Assembly (NCBI RefSeq): GCF_032444005.1
Contig: NC_091284.1
Coordinates: forward strand, 792,360,001-792,424,000
DNA length: 64,000 nt
Source of the DNA: Ranitomeya imitator
Taxonomy: Eukaryota
Direction of reading: 5' to 3'
Below the pieces are notes generated by a model. The model saw only the letters and a program-made list of their open reading frames with translations, made no database searches and was not told the DNA's origin. Within the stretch, counting starts at the first letter, position 1; each line of letters begins with the position of its first letter. Position numbers and translations under genes: made by a program. This document shows, in pieces, positions 24,119 to 36,152 of the stretch.

Positions 24119-24586
24119 TTTTTCACCATCTTCCTAGTGTTGCACCCCCTTCTTGTCTACAGTAAAGAATTTGTCCTCTACTGGACAACCCCCTTACTAA
24201 TCAAGCTCTATTTTTTTCACCATCTTCCGAGTGTTGCATCCCCTTCTTGTCTACAGTAAAGAATTTGTCCTCTACTGGATAACCCCCTTACTAATCAAGC
24301 TCTATTTTTTTCACCATCTTCCGAGTGTTGCATCCCCTTCTTGTCTACAGTAAAGAATTTGTCCTCTACTGGACAACCCCCTTACTAATCAAGCTCTATT
24401 TTTTTCACCATCTTCCGAGTGTTGCATCCCCTTCTTGTCTACAGTAAAGAATTTGTCCTCTACTGGACAACCCCCTTACTAATCAAGCTCTATCTTTTTC
24501 ACCATCTTCCGAGTGTTGCATCCCCTTCTTGTCTACAGTAAAGAATTTGTCCTCTACTGGACAACCCCTTACTAATCAGGCTCTAT
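24119..24586. repeat. Tandem array, 94-bp unit, about 5 copies
   Basis: The marker CACCATCTTCC recurs at 24124, 24218, 24312, 24406 and 24500; the copies are nearly identical. Confidence 0.97.
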
Positions 24587-26404
24587 CGACCTGGGGTTGT
24601 CCAGTAGTGGAGAACTCCTATAAGTAATAAAAGGTCTAAAAATTATACATATTTTTAGACTTTTTCTCCAGTGTAGATGAAGCTTGACAAACTTGTCAAT
24701 GACATTTTCTCTTTATCTGTAAACGCATCCTTTAATTATACATTATCTTAAGACATATTCTCCTCCAGACTCTTCTTATTTTATTTTTCCCTGTTTCAAT
24801 TTCTACTAAATCTTTCTCCGGGTCATTTGGCGCTCTGCAGATATTTCATGCCTGATTTGAAGCGGCTTCCCTTAATTAATTCAGGACACCTGCAACCTGT
24901 AATTGATTTGGCTCCGACAATAATTTTCTGACATCCATCCAACTATGGTCGTATTTTGGATCTCGTCATTTCTCTCATTTTATAATTTGAAAATTCAGCT
25001 GTGTAGAAAAAGGTCTTTTATCGCTAGCCTATTATTCCCGAAAGCCAAGACACAAATATGAAGACTAACAACATATTTATTTCTGAAGGAATTACTATAA
25101 TCACATATGTCGCTTGCCTTACAGTACACACTTTTTTTTACCTTTTATGCGGGAATCAATACAAGTAATTTATAATTCCGGTTTCCTTGGGCTTTTTTTA
25201 TGCCTCCTAATAGAGTGGTTATTAGACCATTTACATCTTGTATTTTTTTTTGTAAATGCAAAAAAATGGTGAGAGCAAAATACTAATATTACTGTGCTCT
25301 AACAGACTTTTGGCCACCACAGTGCCATGTTATTAGAGACTCTGAATTCGTATTATTGCTATTTAATAATGCATATCTATCTACATAGCATATGACATCT
25401 GCAGTGGATGTTGAAAGTCTACACGTCCTTGTTAAAAAGTCAGGTTTTTGTCGTGTAAAAAAAATCATACCTAGAAAAATTATTTCAGAACTTTTTCTAC
25501 CTTCACTGTCACACAAAATTTGTAAAAAAAAATCCATTGAAAAATAAAAAAAAATTTCCAATGTAAAAAGAACGGTAAAGAACAACAATAGGCTGGTTGA
25601 ATAAATATGGACATCCTTAAACTAATACTTTGTTGAAGTCCCTTTTGAGTTTATGACAGCAGTCAATCTTTTTGAGTAGGAGTCTATCTGCATGGCACAT
25701 CTAGAATTGGCAATCTTTGCCCACTCTTTTTGGCATTAGAGCTACAAATCTGTCAGGCCGCAAGAGCATCTCCTTGGTACAGCGTCCTCTTCACGTCACC
25801 CAAAAATGTGCAATTGGATTAAAGTCTGGGCTCAGGCTGGGTCATTTTAAAACTTTCCTCTTCTTCTGGAGAAGCCATTCTTTTATTGATTTGGAGGTAT
25901 GCTTGCGGTTGTTTTACTGTAGAAAGGTGAAAATCTTCTTCGTCTTAAGCTTTGTAGCAGAGGTCTGAAAGTTTTGATGCAAAATTGACTTAGAATTTGG
26001 AGTTGTTCATAACCCAGATACATGAAGAATACAGGATAATGTTGTCACAACAAATACATAACCAGTACTAGTAAAGCTTCAATTCCTGCAGCTCCTTTAA
26101 TGTTCCTGTAGGCCTTCTGGACCAATTTTTTTATTTTCATCAATTTTTGAGGACATTCTAGGTAATATCTGTTGGGCCAAATTTAAACCAGTTATTTAAT
26201 TCCTTGAAAAAAAATGGTACATTTTTTCTGACTGAGAAATTTCAGCAATAAGATCCCGTTGCTGTCTTGTAAGCTTTTTACAAGACAAAATGTCAGGAAA
26301 TTTTTACTAGAACAGAAAAACTTTATGTGGGATTAATCAGAATCGCCATGAATGATGGGAGCTGTGTAATGAAAACTATGTAACATGAATTAAAATGTGA
26401 TTCC

Positions 26405-26888
26405 TTATTTATTATTATTATTATTATTATTTATTTATATAGCACCATTGATTCCATGGTGCTGTACATGAGAAGGGGTTACATACAAGTTACAAATATC
26501 ACATACAGTAAACAAACTAACAATGACGGACTGATACAGAGGGGCGAGGACTCTGCCCTTGCGGGCTTACATTCTACAGGATTATGGGGAAGGAGACAGT
26601 AGGTTGAGGGTTGCAGGAGCTCCGGTGTTGGTGAGGTGGTAGCTCCGGTGTTGGTGAGGCGGTAGCTCCGGTGTTGGTGAGGCGGTATCTCCGGTGTTGG
26701 TGAGGCGGTAGCTTCATTGGTGATGAGGCAGCAGCGGTGTCAGTGCAGGCTGTAGGCTTTCCTGAAGAGATGAGTTTTCAGGTTCCGTCTGAAGGATCCG
26801 ACTGTGGTTGATAGTCGGACGTGTTGGGGCAGAGAGTTCCAGAGGATGGGGGATATTCGGGAGAAGTCTTGGAGGCGATTGGACGAAC
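26405..26888 (-). mobile_element. L2 LINE 3' fragment
   Basis: NRLQDFSRISPILWNSLPQHVRLS..FRRNLKTHLFRKAY and a (TTA)n tail at 26405-26435. Confidence 0.9.
26618..26713. repeat. 23-bp tandem repeat x4 (AGCTCCGGTGTTGGTGAGGCGGT) in the L2 3' UTR
   Basis: Copies start at 26618, 26641, 26664 and 26687. Confidence 0.95.
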
Positions 26889-27309
26889 ATAACCGCATCC
26901 CCAAATATAAGTCGGTGTTCACACTTACGCAACCACGTTAGTTTAGTTTTGTTAATTTTTATTTTCCTACTCCAAATGATTTCAGTCTGTTACTCAAAGG
27001 ACTTGTATTATTAGTGACATTAAAGATGGAAAAAGTTCTGAAATTATTCTTCTCGGCATGAATTTTTTTACATGACAAAAACCTGGCATTTTAACAGGAG
27101 TGTGTAAACTTTTTACATCCACTGTTTATTATGTATGTATGTATGTATCTATCTGTCTGTGTGTCTGTCTATCCATTAGTGATAACCACATCTATTCAAT
27201 GTACATCAAATGTGTGTTGAATTTTAGGAATTTTAGCAAATTAGAACTGTTTGAAATTCAATTTGCTTGAATTCCCAATAATGCATGTGGCTATATTACA
27301 CACTTCAGA

Positions 27310-27897
27310 AGATTCCCTTCCTTCTTGTCTTCCACCCTTCAATCCTCTCTTCCTTTCTCTCTTACTTCCTCTTTTCACTCCATCCTTTTTCACTTATTTA
27401 TTTATTTATTCCTCTCTCCCTTTCCTTTTTCATCCTTTCTTCCACCATCCTTTCTTCCTTCCAACCATCTTTTTTTCTTTATTTTCTTCCTCTCTTCATT
27501 CCATCTTATTAAATTCTTCCCTTATCTTTTTTCCCTTCTTCCTTCCTTTCTCCCTTCCTCTTTTCCTTCATTCCTTCCTTCTTTCATTTCTACATTCTCT
27601 CACTCCTCTCTTCCGATCCTCTCTCATATCTTACTCTCTCGCTTTCTTTCTTTCTTGCTTTCTTTTTTCCTTCCTTCACTGCTCTCTTCCTACCATCCTT
27701 CCCCTCCTCAATTCCTTCTTTTCATCCTTTCTTCTGTCCTTTCCTCACTCCTTTCTTTCATCTTTCTTTCTTTCTTTCTATTTCTTTCTTTCTTTCTTTC
27801 TTTTTTCCTTCCCTCACTGCTCTCTTCCTACCTTCCTTCCCCTCCTCAATTCCTTCTTTTCATCCTTTCTTCTGTCCTTTCCTCACTCCCTTCTTTC

Positions 27898-27941
<44 letters not shown>

Positions 27942-27972
27942 ATTTCTTTCTTTCTTTCTTTCTTTCTTTCTC
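27310..27972. repeat. Polypyrimidine / (TTTC)n low-complexity tract with an internal duplication of about 135 bp
   Basis: Almost purely C/T on the + strand; the block CACTGCTCTCTTCCTACC..CCTCACTCC occurs twice (~27676 and ~27814). Confidence 0.95.
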
Positions 27973-28000
27973 AGTCTGCAGCTTAATAATCAAAATTTAA

Positions 28001-28450
28001 CGAAGTTGTCCACTGCTTGGTTATTCCCCATACTTGGCCTGATAAAATGAGAAAGGTTACCTTCACCTCCCGTGCTGGCGCCGGTCCAGCTGTGTCACAC
28101 TCGCGTTCCCGGGACGCTTGTGCGGTTGTTATCACACGTGAGCCCGGTGCCCTATCTGTACTGGCAGTACTTGCCCCATCTTCATATGGTTAAGTAATAA
28201 ACAGGAAGTGAGGCCTACGGCTGCCGCTTACTTCCTGTTATTTACTTAACCGTCCGAAGGTTGGGCCAGTGATGCCATTGCTGATTGGGCACCGTGCTCA
28301 CGTATGATAACAACCACACAAAAGTCCTGAGAACGCTAGTCCAAACACTGCTGGCCCGGAGCCGACACCAGAGGTGAGTATAGGCTTTATTATTTTATCG
28401 GCACCAAACACTTAGATCAAGAAGGCGTTGTCCTAATAGTGGACAACCCT
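28001..28450. mobile_element. Degenerate T2-type palindromic MITE related to 10303-10730
   Basis: TTAA|CGAAGTTGTCCACT ... TAGTGGACAACCCT|TT, with internal inverted arms around GGAAGT/ACTTCC motifs. Confidence 0.6.
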
Positions 28451-31400
28451 TTCTATGTTTATTTTTACTGGATATGAAAGCACATCTTATGAGGTAGGAA
28501 TGAGGGGAAATTAAAGTAACAGTTACAAGAACAGCCGGGCGCACACCACCACATTTATATTTACCTTGTCTGTGCTAATTTGCCGATTTACCTTGGCTGT
28601 TCTTGCCGGTCTTATTGTACTTTTATGTTACGTTGTGTATTTTGTTATGTGCTATAAACTCTACTTTAAAGTAATGGTGATCATAATATTACAATAAAAC
28701 TCGTAACTTGTGCTTAGACTTACCTTCCCTTATCTATTTTCTGGATTTCAGCCCATACTTTCCTGTATGCTGCCCAGTTCTCATTAGTTTCTTTATTTCT
28801 ATGGAAACCGCTAACCTGAATCATCAGGGTGAGATTAGAATATCATGGTGACACGGAGAGCAACTGGCATTGCAGCTAATTAGCCTGTCACCGGACCAAC
28901 TTTTTGTAGCCCAATTATCTACTAATAAACATGACTTCTACCCATACTGTGCAAATCCGCGCAGTTTACGGATCGCTAGTAGACAAGGTGATCACCAGCC
29001 ATGTAATTGCAGAATGTAAAGTACAGAAGGGAAACAGATAGAGATGTTAATGTTGCATTACAAATATCTGAAAAAAAAACTCTGTAGAAGAAAATAATGA
29101 ACCGCGGGCCAAGAACCTTGTAGATCTTCCAAGAGCCTGATGCTGTTAGAACTGCAAAATGCATTTACTTTTCCTATGCAATAAATCAACTTTCTAAAGG
29201 ATTTTTTTTTTAACTTTAAGATACAAGAAAAAATCCTCAAAGAAAGAAGAAAATAAAAATTAATGCTTCTGGCTTTAGCTGGATTGACTGTTCTTTTTTA
29301 TAAAATGCATTTACAAGCTGCTTTTTAGCTTTTATTGAAAGCAAATACAGTTGGAAAGGGTAATACACTTGTAATAGGGTGTCTGTAAGCTTCGAGAGCT
29401 CCAGGATGTAAAATAAGCGAATACATAAAACCCATCAAAGTGAGGCTGAAATAAGAAAAATGGCAATAATAATTAGATTTGCTTAAAAGTATATACAACA
29501 ATATGCTCCACTGGTTATCGTCTTCGGATTTGAATGGGAATGCTATGTAAAATTGTTCTCTAATAATAGGATATGTCAAGGATAACAGCTTGGGGGGGTT
29601 TGTGCAGACCCCACCACTGTCACCAATAAGTAAGGGATAACAGCCCAGGGAGGTCACGTAGATCCCACCGCTGTCACCAGTTTGTCAGGTGATGCAACTC
29701 TGCTGCCTCCAATCATCAGGACAATTTATGCAACTGACTGACGAGTGATGTATGAGGCCGTGACTGCTTCCACTACTAGGCCAGTCATTGGGGAACTCAC
29801 AGTGAGCGTGTGATGTGTACACCTCCAATTCCAATGCATGGAATATATATATCCCACCATATAGTCACTCCGTTCAACTCCACAAAAACAAAAGGAACCA
29901 CAAAAAGCGGCCACCAAAAACCTTTTATACAGGTCTACTGGACACCTTTTAGAGGTAGTGTATGGCTTCAGGTGTGCGGTTTACAGAGCAAGAGGAGCAG
30001 AACTATTACATTTTATATTATTTAAGCTTTAAAGGTAGGCAGTGTTTACAAAAAATATGCAAAGATACAAAATGGGAACAAAATGGCATATACAATTACC
30101 TCAAATAAAAAGGAATAACAAAAGAGAAGTACTAAACCTGATGTTGCAGGAATAGCTCTTATCTTTTTGGAGGGAAGTGCTCCAATGAGGAAAATGGAAC
30201 ACTTTCACAGCTATGTCTTCCAGAATGAACAAAAAACAGATACCCAAACTCTCATTTTTTTATTACATGAAGGTTCCGCTCTCATACCTCCCATTGTTGA
30301 ACTCACATGGGGGCTCTTTGTTTGATGTGTTAGGTCTGTTAGAATTTTGTGAGATATTCAATTTTCAGTGTATCTTCGCCCCTGGAGGTCCCAGGTGGTA
30401 GATATTGTCATATTTCTTATCTTGATTTTACTTGCCTATAAAAATGAAACATGGGATGGATAGCACCATCCATTGGGCCAATATTAAGTTGGATGGGTTA
30501 GAATTGGCTGAGGGTGATGTGAGTGAAGGCGTTAGGTGCGTCCCTTTGCTATAACGCCAAAAATATATCTTCCATAAAATTTGGATCAGTGCAAACCCTG
30601 ATATTCATCACTCACCACTGGCTCCAAAAAAATTCAGAAAAATCCTTTGAACAGAGAAAGGTCCTGTACTTCTCCACCTCCTTCTCCGAGCCTTGGTGTC
30701 TTTTTGCCAGAGCAACTCTCCTGCAGTCATTGCCTGTTAACTTCTGGAGGTCCTTACTTCAATGAAGGTTGAAGTGTCAACTCTCTCTCCCTCACTTTCC
30801 CAGTTACAATTAATTTCTCTCTTCCCTAGCTATAATTAATCCAATACGTTCAATGTAAGGGTGATATGTCCCCTCTCTGGAGATGCTTATGGATTTTACT
30901 GTTCCTCTATGGCAGGAGAGCAGAATTTTCTATGATACAGTACAGTTTATAAAATGTACCCTCCCTGAGGATGCTTTCCTCCCTATCCACAATCTACTAC
31001 ATATATATCCATCACTGCTTTGTATATCAGGACAGCTTGGAAATTTGTAATGGAAAACATTTAAGAACATTTCTTAACTTAAAACATAATATACAGTACA
31101 TGTGCCAAGTGATGGTTAATTCCCTAAAATTTCCCAACGTAATAGTGCTATACTCTCTTAGTTCCTACTTTAGAGCTCTTTGATTGCTGCACTGCAGACT
31201 CAACTCTACATGAGTTTAGGGATTGATGTCTGATTCGATGTCACACGCGGATACAAGTTTCTCAGTAATCTTATCATTGAGAGTGCTGAGTTGCAGCATT
31301 GAAAATCATTAGAAGAAATGATTGGGATTAATATGAGCTCCTTACAAGTAATCGACCTTCATATTTGTTAATTTGGTTTAAATGCAAAATCTATTCATAT

Positions 31401-32085
31401 GAAGAGGCGAACGGGTGCCAGCAAAAAAAAACTCAGAAGAACACAGCAAATATTACCAGGATAGTCATATTAATGCAATGTAGGAACACTGAATGGCATG
31501 GCATTGTATGAATAAGTCTATGAACGGACTAAAAGCCTAAAGCTCCTGGACCTCATTAATAATGATGTTTCTTATTAAAGAAGTTGTCCATGTCCACTTC
31601 TTCAGCATTGATGACCTATCCTTAGGTCTCTACTAAAAAAAATAATACATTTTTTTTTTAAGTTTAATGCTAAATTACCATTATTCTTCCTTTTGGTTAA
31701 TTTTAACAATAGAACCTGCCTAAAACCTTCTTATAACATGACCTCCATCACCTTCATGGATCAGTGCACCTTACAGACCACCTTTGAAGTTATAGTAATG
31801 TCTCTGCTTGCGAGAAAGTTGTGAAAAATTATTTAAGATTTATTGATAATCTAATTTCTATAAATTGCCCTAGAGAAAGTAATGACCATGTTTGCATACA
31901 TAACAAATCTCAATATTCCTTTTCCAAACTTTTTATTGAACGTTTTCAAGTTTGTAATAGGGAAGGAGGGGAGGAAAAGGGAATAGTGACAAAAGGGAAA
32001 AAGGGGAACATGAAGGACCTGCAAGTCCTTAAATATATAGCGAAATAACAACGATGTAAATACATAGAAACAGTACAATATTATG

Positions 32086-34361
32086 CTAGGGGGAATAGGG
32101 GATAAGGGAGATGGGTCTGTAGTTAGGGACTTTGTTAGGGTCACTATTTGTTTTGGGAATTAGGACTATGGTGGCTTCGGTCATCTCTTCAGGAAAACGA
32201 CCCAAGTTGGAAGCGACATTAAATATCTCGGTAATGTGAGGGGCCAATAGATCTCCAAATGTTTTGTAATAATCATTACCAAACCTGTCTGGGCCTGGGG
32301 ATTTCTGGGATTTCAGGTGGTTGATAGTCTCGAGGGTTTCTGTAATATTAAAAGGTGAAGAGAGATAATTGAAATCATCATCACTAATGTTGAGCATTCC
32401 GATACCGCAAGTATCGGGTATCGGTTGATATTTGCGGTATCGGAATTCCGATACCGAGTTCCGATATTTTTGCGATATCGGGAATCGGTATCGGGATCCA
32501 TATTCATGTGTAAAATAAAGAATAAAAATAAAAAATATTGATATACTCACCTTCGGACGCGCCCTGGTTGAAACCGCTGTAACCGGCAGTCTCCACTCCT
32601 AAGAATGAGCGAGTGAAGGACCTGCGATGACGTCGCGGCTTGTGATTGGTCGCGTGAGCGGTCACATGAGCGGTCACGCGACCAATCACAAGCCGCGACG
32701 TCATCGAAGGTCCTTCACCCTGCATTCTTAGGAACAGAGGCTGCCGGTTACACCGCTTATAGCCAGGGGCTGTCGGAGGGGTGAGTATATCGATATTTTT
32801 TTATTTTTATTCTTTATTTTTTACATGAATATGGATCCCAGGGCCTGAAGGAGAGTTTCCTCTCCTTCAGACCCTGGGAACCATTACAGGATACCTTCCG
32901 ATATATGCGTCCCATTGACTTGTATTGGTATCGGATATCGGTATCGGCGATATCCGATATTTTTCGGATATCGGTCGATACAATCTGATACCGATACTTT
33001 CAAATATCGGAAGGTATCGCTCAACACTAGTCATCACTTATTTTTGGGAGTTTTTATGGAAGTAAGAAATGAGTTTGTGTCAGCTTTAGTAGGTTTATAT
33101 TGGGAGGGGTCTTTATATTGTATAGGTTTTGGTAGTATTTAACAAATGTATTGGGTATATTTTGTGGATGAGAGATAGAGACGCCATTGTGATCTATGAT
33201 TTTATCGATACGATTTCTTTTTCTATGGTTTTTGATTCTATTCGTCATATATTTTGTTGGACGATTTAAGTCGGAGTACTGTTTGCATTTAGAAGCTTTA
33301 AGAATGGCATCATAAGTAGAGAAAATCGCAGATCTCAGCTCCACTCTCAGTCTGGAACTCTCCATCTGGATGTTCGAACATGGGGATGTTTTTGAACTCT
33401 GAAGAGATTCTTTACTTCTGATTGAATTTTGAAGATCAAGGATTTTTTTCCTATTTATTTTCTTCAATCTAGAAGAAATTTGGATCAGAGTTCCCCTCAG
33501 TACCGCTTTATGAGCGTTCCAGCATGAGAAGGGGTCAGTGAGGTCCTTTCCATTTTCTCTAAAATAATTTTTAATAGCCAATGAGATTTCTTCTTTGAGG
33601 GATGGGTTATTAAATAGTGAGGCATTGTTCTTCCAGAGATTTTGGAAGTTAGAAGGGGTCCCCTCTCCAAACTCTCCTAGAACTGGCGCATGGTCCGAGA
33701 CGCTCTTGTTAAGTATGGAGGCAGAGGAAAATCTGGTAAGGGTGAAGACATCAGTCAAGATCAAATCTATCCTAGAGGCAGATTGGTGAGTATCTGAAAA
33801 ATGACTGAACTCTCTAGAAGTAGAGTTCAGACAACGGAAGACGTCAAAGAGTTCTCTTTTAAAAATCCAGCTATTAAGAGTTATCGATTTGTTCCTAGAC
33901 ATGGAGGAAGAGTCCATAGAGGCGTCTGGGACCATGTTAAAGTCGCCAGCAATTAAAAGAGAACCCTTTTTGACCTTGTTTATTTTTTTCATGAGTTTAT
34001 TAAGCAATTTAATTTGCCCTTTGTTTGGGACATAAGTGTCAACTAAGGTATAAGTAGCATTATTGAGTTTACATATTAGAATGTGATAATGACCCCTCTC
34101 ATCCCTCACCTCCTCCAGTAATTCGAAAGAAATAGAATTTTTTATCATGGTTATGACACCTGCTTTTTTGGGGGGGCCAGAGGATTCAACCATGTTAGGG
34201 TAATTTCTTTCCGTGAATGTAGGGTGATCGTTGGCCCTAAATTTGGTCTCTTGCAGACAAACAACATCAGAGAGAGATTTTTTGACCTCATTGCGGATTG
34301 CAAAGCGTTTTCTAGGGCTATTAAGCCCTCTGACGTTATATGTCAGCAATTTAAGCTTCAT
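32086..34361 (-). pseudogene. L1 ORF2: intact APE endonuclease plus linker, truncated at the start of RT
   Basis: TYNVRGLN, CLQET, GDFN, SRID, SDH (open for 435 aa, 33054-34361). After a frameshift near 33110 and the MITE: KSPGPD.F...YYK, IVLIPK, NYRPISL, then an abrupt switch to 3' UTR near 32100. Confidence 0.92.
32385..33029. mobile_element. hAT-type MITE with 8-bp TSD
   Basis: TIR TA(A/G)TGTTGAGC / GCTCAACACTA; TSD ATCATCAC (32377-32384) vs GTCATCAC (33030-33037); many subterminal CCGATAC/GTATCGG motifs; central palindrome. Confidence 0.85.
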
Positions 34362-34576
34362 ACCGAGATCAAACAGTTATTATGGTCCTGAAAACAATAC
34401 ATGAGAATAACAACAAATGTACTATTTTATCCTTAAGAAAAGTAGTTATAATAAGGGACCAGGTGGTTCGTCAGTTAGCTCCAGACAATCAAAATGGTCC
34501 TGAAAATGATACAACAGCAATAGACGTGTTTTTTTTTTTAAGAAAAGGTAAAAGTAATACAGAACCAAAGGGTCCC

Positions 34577-35385
34577 TGTTGTGAATTCTGTTGTCAAGCT
34601 CCCTCCTGTGGTCATGAATGGTACTTCGGCTAGTTCTGTCCATGGGCTTCCTCGGGTGGTTGTGAGTAGGGCTGCGGCTTCTGAGTTTCCTTCCACAGGT
34701 GACGAGGTTAATTTGTTAGCTGGCTGCTCTATTTAACTCCACTTAGATCATTGCTCCATGCCACCTGTCAATGTTCCAGTATTGGTCTAGTTCACTCCTG
34801 GATCGTTCTTGTGACCTGTCTTCCCAGCAGAAGCTAAGTTCCTGCTTGTTTTTCTCTTGTTTGCTATTTTTCTGTCCAGCTTGCTATTTTGATTTTTGTC
34901 TTGCTTGCTGGAAGCTCTGGGACGCAGAGGGAGCGCCTCCGCACCGACTCTCTTTTTGCGCACTCTGCGTGGTCTTTTTGTAGTTTTTGTGCTGACTGTA
35001 TAGTTACCTTTCCTATCCTCAGTCTGTTCAGTAAGTCGGGCCTCACTTTGCTAAATCTATTTCATCTCTGTGTTTGTAATTTTCGTCTTTACTCACAGTC
35101 ATTATATGTGGGGGGCTGCCTTTTCCTTTGGGAAATTTCTCTGAGGTAAGGTAGGCTTTATATTTCTATCTTTAGGGCTAGCTAGTTTCTTAGGCTGTGA
35201 CGAGTTGCATAGGGAGCGTTAGGAGCAATCCACGGCTATTTCTAGTGTGTGTGATAGGATTAGGGATTGCGGTCAGCAGAGTTCCCACGTCTCAGAGCTC
35301 GTCCTATATTATTAGTAACTATCAGGTCATTTCGTGTGCACTTAACCACCAGGTCCATTATTGTCCTAACCACCAGGTCATAACA
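34577..35385 (+). mobile_element. Solo LTR of chromovirus family A
   Basis: TGTTGTG...CATAACA, clearly homologous to the LTRs at 38272 and 44259. Flanks GGTCCC / AGTCCC. Confidence 0.95.
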
Positions 35386-36152
35386 AGTCCCTCTGTCGGA
35401 AACTTCTCCAGATGATAGTCTGAACCTGTAAGTAAGATACCTAACAGAATAGCAACAACAAATATACTGTTTTATCCTGCAAAATGGACCTGAAAATAAA
35501 ACACAAAACAGAACAACAATAAATGTACCAAGGGGTCCTTTCGCAGGAACCTTTTTCAGACAATAGTCTGAACCTGAAAGTAAAACACAGAACAATACAA
35601 CAGCAACCAATGTACTGTTATATAGTACAGGTCAATACAACAATAAATGTAATAAAGAACCAAGAGGTCCTTCAGTAGGAGTCTTCTCCAGAAGAATCCA
35701 TCCCACTAGAAGGGGGGAACAAAGTCAGTGGAAAAGAAGCTCTCTGAGGACACCGACCAAGTGGTGTCAACTGTTATCAGGTGGTAAGTCGATGAAAATA
35801 ACCATTTTATAAAGAGCATTGGCTCCTAATGAGGATGCCATTTAAAAAATGGTCCTGATCAAAAAACAAGTGGGTTCATACTAATAGGGTATATTGATCA
35901 GCTAGGGTTACTAAGATCCTTTGTGTGTGACTTAGTGTAAATTGAATCTCTTTTTAGATTGTTATTGCTCCCAAAAATTTTCTGAGTATAGGCCATGCTG
36001 TTTTTTGTTGCCTTGTTGGTTTTTGTACTCATATTGAAAGGCTTCAAGTCTATCAAGGGTATATTGATCAGGTAGGGTTACTAAGATCCTTTGATTCCGA
36101 AGTAGATTTACGGAGTGGAATTTTGATGGATTTCAAAAAAGCAATACCTTCC

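Larger units (their letters stand above)
25402..27124 (-). mobile_element. Old degenerate Tc1 element interrupted by an L2
   Basis: Inverted termini CAGTGGATGT..AAAGT.TACAC..C.TGTTAAAA...CAGGTTTTTGTC.TGTAAAAAAA at both ends; decayed minus-strand transposase-like sequence at 25620-26200. Confidence 0.75.

Noticed and set aside
24119-24586. Regular repeat array considered as CRISPR (also 26618-26713)
   Set aside because: The units are head-to-tail with no unique spacers, there are no cas genes, and the context is eukaryotic.
27251-28050. 241-249 aa F/S/L-rich ORFs resembling membrane proteins
   Set aside because: They are translations of the (TTTC)n tract.
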